Origin: Candidatus Methanomethylicaceae archaeon
GTDB taxonomy: Archaea; Thermoproteota; Methanomethylicia; Methanomethylicales; Methanomethylicaceae
Reading direction: 5' to 3'
Assembly (NCBI GenBank): GCA_025057955.1
Contig: JANXER010000003.1
Location: 2,181 to 66,180 of the forward strand
DNA length: 64,000 nt
Position 1 is the stretch's first letter, and each line of letters opens with the position of its first letter. The notes below the pieces were generated by a model. It did no database searches, was not told the DNA's origin, and saw nothing but the letters and a program-made list of their open reading frames with translations. This document shows, in pieces, positions 30,795 to 39,655 of the stretch. The position numbers were made by a program, and so were the translations under genes.

Positions 30795-30928
30795 CTATGT
30801 TTATTAAAACCTAACGTTCTTGCTACTTCTCTGAAACACTGCCTACATAAATATAGTCCATATTTTTTAACAAGTGAGCCCCCTTTAGAGCCGCAACGCC
30901 TACATGAATTTACAATACTCTTTGACAT
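30791..30928 (-). CDS. rps14: 30S ribosomal protein S14 type Z (uS14), 45 aa, missed by the ORF track
   Basis: Hand translation gives [45 protein letters not shown] (CxxC...CxxC zinc motif), in the canonical slot between L5 and S8. Confidence 0.8.
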   Translation of the reverse strand: MSKSIVNSCRRCGSKGGSLVKKYGLYLCRQCFREVARTLGFNKHR

Positions 30929-30929
30929 T

Positions 30930-31466
30930 CTATCTCCTCCTCTCAATAGTTACTCCCAATTTCTCTCTAAAGAAGGCCATGGCCTCCTCTCTTGTTACTC
31001 TATGTTTTCTTCCTATCTTTGAACGTCTATTCTTCCTTACAGCAACTCTATATCCTGGACGTTCTAGGACTACACAAACATTCATTCCAAATATTCCAAG
31101 TGATGGATCATATTTAGTGCCAGGAATATTTATGTGCTCAGATATTCCAAAGGATATGTTACCAAAATCATCAAAGCATGATTCTGAAAGCCTAAATTTT
31201 TTCACTTCCAATACTCGTTTTAGGAAAGGTTCAATTTTCTCCTTTCTCAATGTGACCTTACATCCAATATTTTCACCCTTTCTTATTCCGAAATCCCTTA
31301 TGGTGCGCTTTGCTCTTGTAGGACAGGGTTTTTGTCCAGTCAATTGCTCTAAAACTTTCATGGCTTTTTCCAGACGCTCTCCACTCTCCCCTACACCCAT
31401 ATTCACTACTACTTTTCCAATTCTTATATTTCTCATAGGATTTTCCTGAATTTTTTCCACAAGCAT
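30930..31466 (-). CDS. rpl5: 50S ribosomal protein L5 (uL5)
   Basis: L5 family sequence. Confidence 0.95.
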   Translation of the reverse strand: MLVEKIQENPMRNIRIGKVVVNMGVGESGERLEKAMKVLEQLTGQKPCPTRAKRTIRDFGIRKGENIGCKVTLRKEKIEPFLKRVLEVKKFRLSESCFDDFGNISFGISEHINIPGTKYDPSLGIFGMNVCVVLERPGYRVAVRKNRRSKIGRKHRVTREEAMAFFREKLGVTIERRR

Positions 31467-31467
31467 C

Positions 31468-32199
31468 TCAGACTACTCCGCCTATCATTATAGATGGGCT
31501 TTCTCTACCTATTGGAAAAGCATACTTAAGTGTAACGGTTCTTTCATTACCCTCAAGTAATATTCTGGCCAATTGCATTGGTTTTCTACTAGTTGGTACT
31601 TCTAATATTTTACCGTATTTTCCAATATTTTCTCCTCCAATTATAGCAATCATGGTATCCTTCTCAAGTGGGATATGCTCATGAATTTCTCCATCTGGAA
31701 GAGTTATCTTCATGGAGTCAAATATTTTGTATGCAACATTATGATTGAAAGGATCCTCAAGCTTTATAACATAACATCGCCCATCATGGAAGTTTAATTG
31801 CATATGACCATTCTTTACCGTTCTCTTTCCAATAATTCTCACTAATTTGAATGAGGCATCCTCAGGTGGTATTTTTACTAACGATAAGATTTTAACCGGA
31901 TGTGGAAGCACTCTATAATATTCATCAGAGGGCCGAATATATATTACATCCATTAGGCCAACTGGAAACTTATGATCAGTTCTTACCCTTCCATCTACCA
32001 TTACTTTTCTCTCAGAGAGTATTTTCTTAACTTCGGACATATTAAGAGCATACTTTAGTATGTCCCTCAAAATTAAACCCAATGGTATACAGAACGATAG
32101 AGGATGGGGGCCTGGGCGTGGTCTTACTGTAAATTCTCTCTCTTTAATACTTATGTGCCAAAATCTTGGCGCTGGATAAGTTTTTAAATGTTTTTTCAA
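31468..32199 (-). CDS. rps4e: 30S ribosomal protein S4e
   Basis: S4e family sequence with KOW domain. Confidence 0.95.
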   Translation of the reverse strand: MKKHLKTYPAPRFWHISIKEREFTVRPRPGPHPLSFCIPLGLILRDILKYALNMSEVKKILSERKVMVDGRVRTDHKFPVGLMDVIYIRPSDEYYRVLPHPVKILSLVKIPPEDASFKLVRIIGKRTVKNGHMQLNFHDGRCYVIKLEDPFNHNVAYKIFDSMKITLPDGEIHEHIPLEKDTMIAIIGGENIGKYGKILEVPTSRKPMQLARILLEGNERTVTLKYAFPIGRESPSIMIGGVV

Positions 32200-32528
32200 G
32201 CATTCTCCCTCCCTTTCGATTCAAATTTTTCCTTTCTCCATTCATCTGTAAGATCAAGCTTTGTTATCATAACTTTAGAGGGATGTATTGGTACAGGTCT
32301 AAGAGAGCCATCGGTTTTTTTCACATTTATTCCCTCAATAGTTATTCTATTTTTTGAATAATCCACTGAGACCACTTTACCCTCATGTCCTTTATAATCT
32401 CCCCTCATAACTAATACGGTATCTCCTTTTCTAACGGTGGCGGTTCTAAATCCATACTTCTCCCTAAGTTCTTTGGAAAGAGGAGCGCGCACTAATTTCC
32501 TAGGGATGGTCATATTATGGGTGGGCAT
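32196..32528 (-). CDS. rpl24: 50S ribosomal protein L24 (uL24)
   Basis: KOW motif KGDTVLVMRGDYKGHEGKV. Confidence 0.9.
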   Translation of the reverse strand: MPTHNMTIPRKLVRAPLSKELREKYGFRTATVRKGDTVLVMRGDYKGHEGKVVSVDYSKNRITIEGINVKKTDGSLRPVPIHPSKVMITKLDLTDEWRKEKFESKGRENA

Positions 32529-32540
32529 ATTTTAATCACC

Positions 32541-32969
32541 TTAAATTACTATGGATGCAAGAGCAGCAACTCTTGGCCATCTCTCTGCAGCTTCCTTTGC
32601 AACAGGTCCTCTAATTTCAGTCCCCTTACATTCACCATCTTCAGTAACTATTACTGCAGCATTATCTTCAAATTGAATCCAGTATCCATCCATTCTTCTA
32701 AAGGGCTTTCTCTGTCTTACTATAACCGCATGAAATGTCTGATGTCTTACTTCAGGAGTGCCCTCCTTAACAGTAACAATTACTTTATCACCAACACATG
32801 CAGAAACTAATCTTCTCAATCTCCCCTTCAATTTAGGTATTCCAATTATTTGAACTATTTTTGCTCCACTATTATCAGCACAAGTGAGATATGCGCCTAT
32901 TGGAAGACCAGCGCTTACACCAGGTCTATAGGTAATACCTTTTCCTAAACCCTTTCCTCTCTTCGCCAT
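32541..32969 (-). CDS. rpl14: 50S ribosomal protein L14 (uL14)
   Basis: L14 signature. Confidence 0.95.
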   Translation of the reverse strand: MAKRGKGLGKGITYRPGVSAGLPIGAYLTCADNSGAKIVQIIGIPKLKGRLRRLVSACVGDKVIVTVKEGTPEVRHQTFHAVIVRQRKPFRRMDGYWIQFEDNAAVIVTEDGECKGTEIRGPVAKEAAERWPRVAALASIVI

Positions 32970-32971
32970 GG

Positions 32972-33274
32972 TTATCTCACATCCTTCTCTATAACTACAA
33001 ACGATACTGTCTTGCTAAGTGGACGACATTCAGCTATTTTTACAATATCTCCTTTAACAGCATTTATGCAAGATGGATTATGAGCGTGAATTTTTGACCT
33101 TGATCTTGCATATCTTTTATACTTAGAATAATATCGAAGATAATCCACTTGAACTACAACAGTCCTTTGCATTCTATCGCTTACCACCTTTCCAGTCAAT
33201 ATTTTACCTCTGATTGAGAGATTTCCATGAAATGGACATTTCCTATCAACACATGTGGATCTTTCAACAGTCAT
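32972..33274 (-). CDS. rps17: 30S ribosomal protein S17 (uS17)
   Basis: OB-fold S17 sequence. Confidence 0.9.
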   Translation of the reverse strand: MTVERSTCVDRKCPFHGNLSIRGKILTGKVVSDRMQRTVVVQVDYLRYYSKYKRYARSRSKIHAHNPSCINAVKGDIVKIAECRPLSKTVSFVVIEKDVR

Positions 33275-33281
33275 AAGGCGC

Positions 33282-33560
33282 TCACTTCCCTCTTTTGATT
33301 CTTTTCAATCTTTCAGCAGGATTATATGCAATTTCCTCTCCTCTGACAACTATGGGATTAGGTATGAAGAAGGTGAAAATACAATTTCTCTTTGGAATTT
33401 TCTTAACTTTATTATCCATTGTAGAGATTATAAGGAGATTGGCAGTCTCATCTACTACAATACCCCTGACGCCAATTTGTGTAGGATCAGTGGAAGAAGT
33501 AACCTCAATATTAAGGCCAACCAAATTATGATAAATTAGATTAGATGGATTATGCTTCAT
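33282..33560 (-). CDS. rnp1: RNase P protein component 1 (Rpp29/Pop4 homologue)
   Basis: Sm-like Rpp29 sequence in the conserved slot between L29 and S17. Confidence 0.8.
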   Translation of the reverse strand: MKHNPSNLIYHNLVGLNIEVTSSTDPTQIGVRGIVVDETANLLIISTMDNKVKKIPKRNCIFTFFIPNPIVVRGEEIAYNPAERLKRIKRGK

Positions 33561-33797
33561 TTACTTCTCCTCCGTACCTCTTTTCAATCCAAGCTCCTCC
33601 TCTTTATTTATAGTTAATATTCTTGCAATTGTTCTTCTGATTAACCTTATTCTTGATGGATTCTCTAGAGACCCACCCATAGCTTGTAGTGCTCTAAGCT
33701 TAGCTAGCTCAGCTCTTAATTCAGTTAATTTTTTCATTCTTTCCTCTTTCGTCATCTTTCTAATCTCATTGATTCGCAACAGCGCCAACAGTCTCAC
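33561..33797 (-). CDS. rpl29: 50S ribosomal protein L29 (uL29)
   Basis: Helical L29 with ...ELRAELAKLRA.... Confidence 0.9.
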   Translation of the reverse strand: MRLLALLRINEIRKMTKEERMKKLTELRAELAKLRALQAMGGSLENPSRIRLIRRTIARILTINKEEELGLKRGTEEK

Positions 33798-34395
33798 CTT
33801 GTTGCGGTTTAACTATGGATATATCATCTACGGTGTTAACTGGTAAGAAGATATTTACCTTTATACCATAAACTCCTGGCTTTAATAATACATGAGCTAC
33901 TGCTCTATCCACAGCGTATTTACTAGGTTCACCAGCTTTTAATACTGTACCAGCTCTGAACTTTTCATATCTTGCTCTTTCGCTGGTCAATTTCCCTCTA
34001 ATTATAATTTCTGCACCTCTTGCACCAGCTTCCATGATTTGTCTTAAGGCAACAAATGCCGCCCTTCTAAAGTGAATTCCCTTCTCCAAAGCCATGGCAA
34101 TTCTATTTGCCATAATTCTAGCATTTAATTCTGGAACTTGAACTGGAACAACAGCTATTTGCGGATTTTCAAAGCCAAACTTAACTTCTAAAACTCGAGC
34201 AAGTTCCTTTATAGTTAATCCTTGTCTACCTATTACCAAACCTGGTCTCTCAGCATATATAACTACTCTATCTCCTAAAGGAGTCTTTTGAAATTCCACC
34301 CCAGCATATCCTGCTCTCCTAAGCTCTTTTTGAAGGTAATTATCAATAAGCATATTCTTTATTGATTTATTTATGAAGAACTTCACAACACTCAT
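33766..34395 (-). CDS. rps3: 30S ribosomal protein S3 (uS3)
   Basis: KH domain plus the S3 C-terminal domain. Confidence 0.95.
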   Translation of the reverse strand: MSVVKFFINKSIKNMLIDNYLQKELRRAGYAGVEFQKTPLGDRVVIYAERPGLVIGRQGLTIKELARVLEVKFGFENPQIAVVPVQVPELNARIMANRIAMALEKGIHFRRAAFVALRQIMEAGARGAEIIIRGKLTSERARYEKFRAGTVLKAGEPSKYAVDRAVAHVLLKPGVYGIKVNIFLPVNTVDDISIVKPQQGETVGAVANQ

Positions 34396-34868
34396 CCGCT
34401 CACCTCTTCAACAACGACCTCAACATGAGTTAAGGGATGGAAAAAGGGGGTTGCTCTACCAAAGGCTCTAGGAATATAGCTTTTAATTTTTGCCCCCTTT
34501 TGAGCACATATATGAGATATTCTTAAATTTTCAACATTAAGACCTTTATTTTCAGCATTAGATCTTGCATTCTCTAAAACCTTCAAAATCTCTTTACAAG
34601 CCTTTATAGGATATCTGCCTGATGGGATTCCAAAGTTCTCCCCAAGACCAGCTTTATGTGCAATTTTCTTTTTATAACGTCTATATGGGATTGGTTCTTT
34701 TTTAGCAATAACCCTCTTTAAATACTCCATGGCATCTTCTAGGAGCATATATCTAATCGCATTACAAACCTCTGTAGCCTCCTTTGGTGAAATACGAAGA
34801 TCTCTTCCACTAGCTCTAACCATTCTATCAGGATCGTACTTATGAGTGGAGTAACCCCATTCAGGCAT
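34392..34868 (-). CDS. rpl22: 50S ribosomal protein L22 (uL22)
   Basis: L22 family sequence. Confidence 0.9.
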   Translation of the reverse strand: MPEWGYSTHKYDPDRMVRASGRDLRISPKEATEVCNAIRYMLLEDAMEYLKRVIAKKEPIPYRRYKKKIAHKAGLGENFGIPSGRYPIKACKEILKVLENARSNAENKGLNVENLRISHICAQKGAKIKSYIPRAFGRATPFFHPLTHVEVVVEEVSG

Positions 34869-34962
34869 TCTACCACTTCCAGCTTCTCATCATGCGTAGG
34901 TTTAAAACCTTTAAGAAATATAAAAAGTTTTTTACAATGAGGTTCATTAAAAATATAAAAAA

Positions 34963-35376
34963 CTACTTGAGAGGTACAAACATAGAACTTCTTGTAGCCT
35001 TCAAACCAGGAGCACCGTGAACTACCTTGGCCGTAGTAATAGCAAATTCTCCTAAATAGTGACCTATCATTTCTGGAAGAATTTCCACAGGAACAAATTC
35101 CTTCCCATTATGTACACATATAGTTAATCCTATCATTTCTGGAAGAATTACCATATCTCTACAATGTGTTCTTATAACAACTTTTTTACCCTTTGCCAGA
35201 AGAGCTCTAGCTTTTCTTATTTTTTTAAATAGAGTTCTTTGCTCTGGTGTTAATCCTCTTAAGAGCGATCTTCTTTGTCTGCTTGGAAGCAATCTAATGA
35301 ATTCATCCATTGGCATATTCAATAGCTGAGATAAATTATAACCTCTATAAGTAAACTCTTTGGACATAATCATCAC
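34963..35376 (-). CDS. rps19: 30S ribosomal protein S19 (uS19)
   Basis: ...[33 protein letters not shown]... S19 signature. Confidence 0.95.
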   Translation of the reverse strand: MMIMSKEFTYRGYNLSQLLNMPMDEFIRLLPSRQRRSLLRGLTPEQRTLFKKIRKARALLAKGKKVVIRTHCRDMVILPEMIGLTICVHNGKEFVPVEILPEMIGHYLGEFAITTAKVVHGAPGLKATRSSMFVPLK

Positions 35377-36092
35377 CTCTTCTTCCTACCTGTTCTCTTT
35401 GGTGAAATTATACCAACTTTCTGTCCTGGTGGAGCGTTTCTACCCACAGGGGTTCCTCCTTTTGGATGACTTCCACCACCATGTGGATGAGAACATGGGT
35501 TCATAGCCTTTCCTCTAACGGTTGGATATTTTATAGATTTTGCTTTATACTTATAATAATTAGCACCAGCCTTTAGTAGTGGCTTTTCAATTATTCCTCC
35601 AGAAGCAACTATGCCAATTGTTGCTCTGCATAAACTACTTAAAGATTTCACTTTACCAGATGGCAATTGCACTAGAACAGATTCTCCAGAGTGGGCAATT
35701 ACAATTCCATAACTTCCAGCTGATTTTATAAATTTTCCACCATCTCCAGGATGACCTTCAATATTACATACTTGAGTGCCATCAGGAATATCTCTAAGAG
35801 GAAGAACATTTCCAACATTTACTGGAGATTTCGGTCCAATGTATATCTTTTGACCAACAAAAAGTCCTTCTGGTGCTATCATAAGCGCATTTTTACCTTT
35901 ATTATCAGTTATTATTGCAACAGGGGCTCCTCTGCCAGGATCATGAACAATATCCTTAACTATGAATTCAATAGAGGAATCTTCCAGAGGAGGATATTTA
36001 ACATCTCCAACTCGCTTCCAAGAGGGAGATTTAAATACCGATCCTCCACGACCTCTTCTCTGAGCCAATATACGCTTTCCCATTTTTCTCAC
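35373..36092 (-). CDS. rpl2: 50S ribosomal protein L2 (uL2)
   Basis: L2 signature ...GGGSHPKGG.... Confidence 0.95.
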   Translation of the reverse strand: MRKMGKRILAQRRGRGGSVFKSPSWKRVGDVKYPPLEDSSIEFIVKDIVHDPGRGAPVAIITDNKGKNALMIAPEGLFVGQKIYIGPKSPVNVGNVLPLRDIPDGTQVCNIEGHPGDGGKFIKSAGSYGIVIAHSGESVLVQLPSGKVKSLSSLCRATIGIVASGGIIEKPLLKAGANYYKYKAKSIKYPTVRGKAMNPCSHPHGGGSHPKGGTPVGRNAPPGQKVGIISPKRTGRKKR

Positions 36093-36383
36093 CTATAGTA
36101 AGCCCAACTTAGTAGCCAATTCTGAGGCGCTATATTCCTTATTAAGCTTTATTATTGCTCTTTTCTCACCTTTGGGAGTAATATAAGTATTCACCCTTTC
36201 CACTTTCACACCATATAATTTCTCAAAAGCATCCTTTATCATTTTCTTATTTGAAGTGATATTAACAATGAAAATTAGTTTATTCTCCCTTTCTATTCTC
36301 TCTATGGCAGATTCTGTTGAGACAGGTCTTATTATTATTTCATGAGGATCCAAGAACATCACCTCATCCAAAAATCTCTTCAA
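36093..36383 (-). CDS. rpl23: 50S ribosomal protein L23 (uL23)
   Basis: L23 family sequence. Confidence 0.9.
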   Translation of the reverse strand: MKRFLDEVMFLDPHEIIIRPVSTESAIERIERENKLIFIVNITSNKKMIKDAFEKLYGVKVERVNTYITPKGEKRAIIKLNKEYSASELATKLGLL

Positions 36384-37137
36384 GCTTTTTTATGGCGGAT
36401 TCAGTCCATATAGTAAGTCTTCCAGGAGCCCCTCCAGGAGCTAAAAGTTCAACATTTAATAAATCAACTGATGCATAATCCACTCCAGGGAAGTTTCTTG
36501 CTGAAAGTCTAATTGGTGGATTAATTTCATCCGTAACTAAAAGAATAGATTTTGCTTTCTTCCAACGTCTACCTCTATACTTTCCCTTACCAGGACGTTC
36601 CTTGATATTATTCTTGGCTCTATCTATTTCCTCTAGTAAGGACAATTTACTCAAGAAGTCTTTAAATTCCTTCGCCTTCTTCAAATTCTTAATCTCGTCT
36701 GAAACAACTATAGGTAAAGAAATACCATCCTTAATCTTATGTCCTCTCTTAATAACTAGTTCTTTAATACGAGTAGCAGCTATAGCCGATTTTAAAGCAA
36801 TTCTTCGCTCCTTTTTGTTTATTCTTTCGTGAATTATTTTCTCTACCTTTGGTGGAAATGCCAATCTTCCACCAACAACATTAGGTACAAAGGCTGCACG
36901 TAAACCTCCCTTTATACGAGGTACTCTGGCTAAATCTAATCCAACACCCAAGCTTTCAGCAGTAGTTCGCTTTCCAGCCATTGGATCTCTTCCTTTTGGC
37001 TGTATCCTTGCAGTTATTGAGGATATTACTGCACGTCTTATCAAATCTGGTCTAATCTCTTCGTAAAATACGCTAGGTAGGGGGATTTCTCCTTTAATAC
37101 TACCATCCAAGGAATAAATAGGGACGCTATTGGGCAT
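36364..37137 (-). CDS. rpl4: 50S ribosomal protein L4 (uL4/L1e)
   Basis: L4 family sequence. Confidence 0.95.
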   Translation of the reverse strand: MPNSVPIYSLDGSIKGEIPLPSVFYEEIRPDLIRRAVISSITARIQPKGRDPMAGKRTTAESLGVGLDLARVPRIKGGLRAAFVPNVVGGRLAFPPKVEKIIHERINKKERRIALKSAIAATRIKELVIKRGHKIKDGISLPIVVSDEIKNLKKAKEFKDFLSKLSLLEEIDRAKNNIKERPGKGKYRGRRWKKAKSILLVTDEINPPIRLSARNFPGVDYASVDLLNVELLAPGGAPGRLTIWTESAIKKLEEIFG

Positions 37138-37139
37138 TT

Positions 37140-38150
37140 TTACACCCCTTGTTTTGAGGAGAGGCTTATTTTAACGATCTTTGGAGGTTGAATAACATGC
37201 TGTTTCGCTCTAATGGCATATCTAAATCTTATAAGTCTTTTTGCTGGACCGGGAATTGATCCTGCTATAATTACATAATCACTTCTAATCAATCCATAGT
37301 GTAAAAATCCACCAGTTAAATTGATTTCAGAGGGATTTTCTCCTAATTTCAGTACCAATTTATTATACTCTGTTCTTTGATGAAAGCCCATTTTGCCAGG
37401 ACGAGGTACAGTAAACATCATGCTTGGAGTAGATGGGCTTATAGCACCAACAACCCTATGACCTTTTCTATGCTTGTGCCATTTTGGCATAATCTTTACA
37501 CCAAATCGCTTAATCACACCAGCAAAACCCTTGCCTTTTGTAACTGCAATTACATCTATTAGAAGGCCATCCTTAAAGAACTCCTTTGCTCTAACTTCCT
37601 TTCCTAGAAGGCTTTTAGCATATTCATACATTGCCCTTATATTATCGCCTCCAATTTTAATCTCCAAAACTTCAGGAGTTTTCTTTCTAATTCCACTTTT
37701 ATGAGGTTGAGTTAGAGCAAGAACTCTTACATCAGAAATTCTATCTAAATTTTCCTCTATTTTCTTTTGATTCTCTGAGAAATCAACATCCTTTGGAACT
37801 GTGATAATTCTTTCAGCATACTTAGGTAATGGAAGGCTTAAGAATTCTCCAAAAGTCTTCAAACCTTTATATGTCTTAACATAAGCCCTTATACCAAACA
37901 CATATATAGGCGGAATCTCAACCACGGTTACAGCTTTTATAACCTCTCTACCATAGAGAGGACTTTTTGGCTTATTATCAATCATAACAATATGAGTCAT
38001 ACCAACTTTATATCCAGCGAATCCTAACAATCTTGGTTCGCCCTTAACTTCGGGCCAGTTCCTTATTCTACCAGTTATTCTTCTGGCTCTAACTCTAGGA
38101 TAGTACATTAATGAGCCTCTTCTGGGCGCACTTTTCTTTCTATGTCCCAT
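37140..38150 (-). CDS. rpl3: 50S ribosomal protein L3 (uL3)
   Basis: L3 family sequence; first gene of the super-operon. Confidence 0.95.
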   Translation of the reverse strand: MGHRKKSAPRRGSLMYYPRVRARRITGRIRNWPEVKGEPRLLGFAGYKVGMTHIVMIDNKPKSPLYGREVIKAVTVVEIPPIYVFGIRAYVKTYKGLKTFGEFLSLPLPKYAERIITVPKDVDFSENQKKIEENLDRISDVRVLALTQPHKSGIRKKTPEVLEIKIGGDNIRAMYEYAKSLLGKEVRAKEFFKDGLLIDVIAVTKGKGFAGVIKRFGVKIMPKWHKHRKGHRVVGAISPSTPSMMFTVPRPGKMGFHQRTEYNKLVLKLGENPSEINLTGGFLHYGLIRSDYVIIAGSIPGPAKRLIRFRYAIRAKQHVIQPPKIVKISLSSKQGV

Positions 38151-38219
38151 TCCATTTCCCCTTCCTAACTGTAGTTCGATAGATTATGAGAACTAAAATA
38201 TATTTCTATCCATTATGAC

Positions 38220-39050
38220 TTAAATCAATTCAATCACTGAAATTATTGCTAAAGATATTATTAGAGCTTCCTCAGTTCTTACTGTAGCAGTTCCTTGATT
38301 TGGAACCATATTAACAACTATATCCGATACAGCATTTATATCTATAGAATCTTTTCTCAATATCTCATGAAGTCCCTCATAAGGGGATCCAAATAAGATA
38401 GCTATTCTTTTCTCTGGCTTAAGAATATTCTTAATTTTATCAATAATAGAGCATATAGGAGTACCAAGCCTTGATGTTGAAATTATATGATCATATTTGA
38501 AATTCTTGAGGTGATGCCCAAGCCCTTTCACATCCAAAAAAACTTCATAGCCCCAATAGTATGGAATTTTCTCTCTTTCAATTGGAACCCATGAGCTACC
38601 ATTTCTTCTCATGGATACCCTTTTATTCTGTGGAAGCTTAAATGGACACTCAATTGGATTTTTCAAGCCAATATCTACCACTGAGCGTTCAAATTCACTC
38701 TTAAGCACATATCCATCTCTGAACTCTATATCAGAGTCAATAGTTGGATGGTGTGGAGTTCTAAGGGGGGGAATTAAGCCAGCGTATTTCAAATTCTGAG
38801 ATAATGGGAATAGATATCGCCTCAAATACTGCGGAGTCTCAGCATATTCCAATAATTCTTTCATAAGATTAGCGTCTTTTCTATTGCTATAGCTATCCAA
38901 ATATACTACTACTCTTTCCACTCGATATATGGAAAGAATTCTAGCAATTAAACCTGCAATTATAGTTTTTTCAATTAATGTATCAACTACTGAAAATACA
39001 GAAGAAGGAATACATATCGTTAAATCGTAACTTCTTTTTGGAGGATACAT
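38220..39050 (-). CDS. SPOUT-class methyltransferase (COG2106/DUF171-type), conserved upstream of rpl3 in archaea
   Basis: 276 aa with the knotted SPOUT C-terminal region (ILFGSPYEGL...) and the conserved position ahead of L3. Confidence 0.65.
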   Translation of the reverse strand: MYPPKRSYDLTICIPSSVFSVVDTLIEKTIIAGLIARILSIYRVERVVVYLDSYSNRKDANLMKELLEYAETPQYLRRYLFPLSQNLKYAGLIPPLRTPHHPTIDSDIEFRDGYVLKSEFERSVVDIGLKNPIECPFKLPQNKRVSMRRNGSSWVPIEREKIPYYWGYEVFLDVKGLGHHLKNFKYDHIISTSRLGTPICSIIDKIKNILKPEKRIAILFGSPYEGLHEILRKDSIDINAVSDIVVNMVPNQGTATVRTEEALIISLAIISVIELI

Positions 39051-39266
39051 TTATTTCTTCTTCTTCCCTTTTTCTTCTTCTTTTGATATTGATTCAAGTA
39101 TAGTTGTTCTCTGTCTTCCTCCCATATTCTCACCCATAAAAAATAATGAACTATAAAATTTATTTTTATCTTCTGCATATTTGAATATGGCCGATGATGA
39201 AATTGCCGAGTTCGGAATTAAAAATGGCGATGAAAAAATCAGAGGCCACTTGAAAGGGGATAGATC

Positions 39267-39644
39267 ATGGAAATTGATAGAAATGATCTAATGCGAATAA
39301 TAAAATATGCGAAAAAATTTTGTGAAGATAGATGTCCAGCAGAAAGAGATCCAGACGTATGCTTGGCCTTAATAGAAATATGTAGAGAACTTAATATAGA
39401 ACTACCTTCATGTGTAGAGGAGACTGATGGTTTTGTTAAATCTTACTTCATAGCAAAGATAAGAGAGATAGAAAGCAGATGGAAGAAAAGTGTAAGGGAG
39501 ATAATTAAGGAGATAGAAGTTAGAGGAGCAAGACATTTTGAGGAAGAGTTGGATAGAATGGAAGCAGAGTTTGCAGTTAAAGCAATAAAGGCAATAGACA
39601 ATAGAGTTCTTGAGAAGGAACTTCGCAAAAAATCCCAATTCTAG
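39267..39644 (+). CDS. Hypothetical small protein (125 aa, Cys-containing helical), co-transcribed with valS
   Basis: Clean ORF with a 12-nt gap to the valS start; no recognised family. Confidence 0.5.
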   Translation: MEIDRNDLMRIIKYAKKFCEDRCPAERDPDVCLALIEICRELNIELPSCVEETDGFVKSYFIAKIREIESRWKKSVREIIKEIEVRGARHFEEELDRMEAEFAVKAIKAIDNRVLEKELRKKSQF

Positions 39645-39655
39645 GAGGGCAACTT

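Noticed and set aside
39195-39260. A C/D-box-sRNA-like arrangement: a GGCC stem, GAUGAUGA, then CGAUGAA ... CAGA and a second GGCC.
   Set aside because: The D box is CAGA rather than CUGA, no D' box is present, and the second guide region is only ~5 nt. It is more likely a coincidence within a short ORF or 5' leader.
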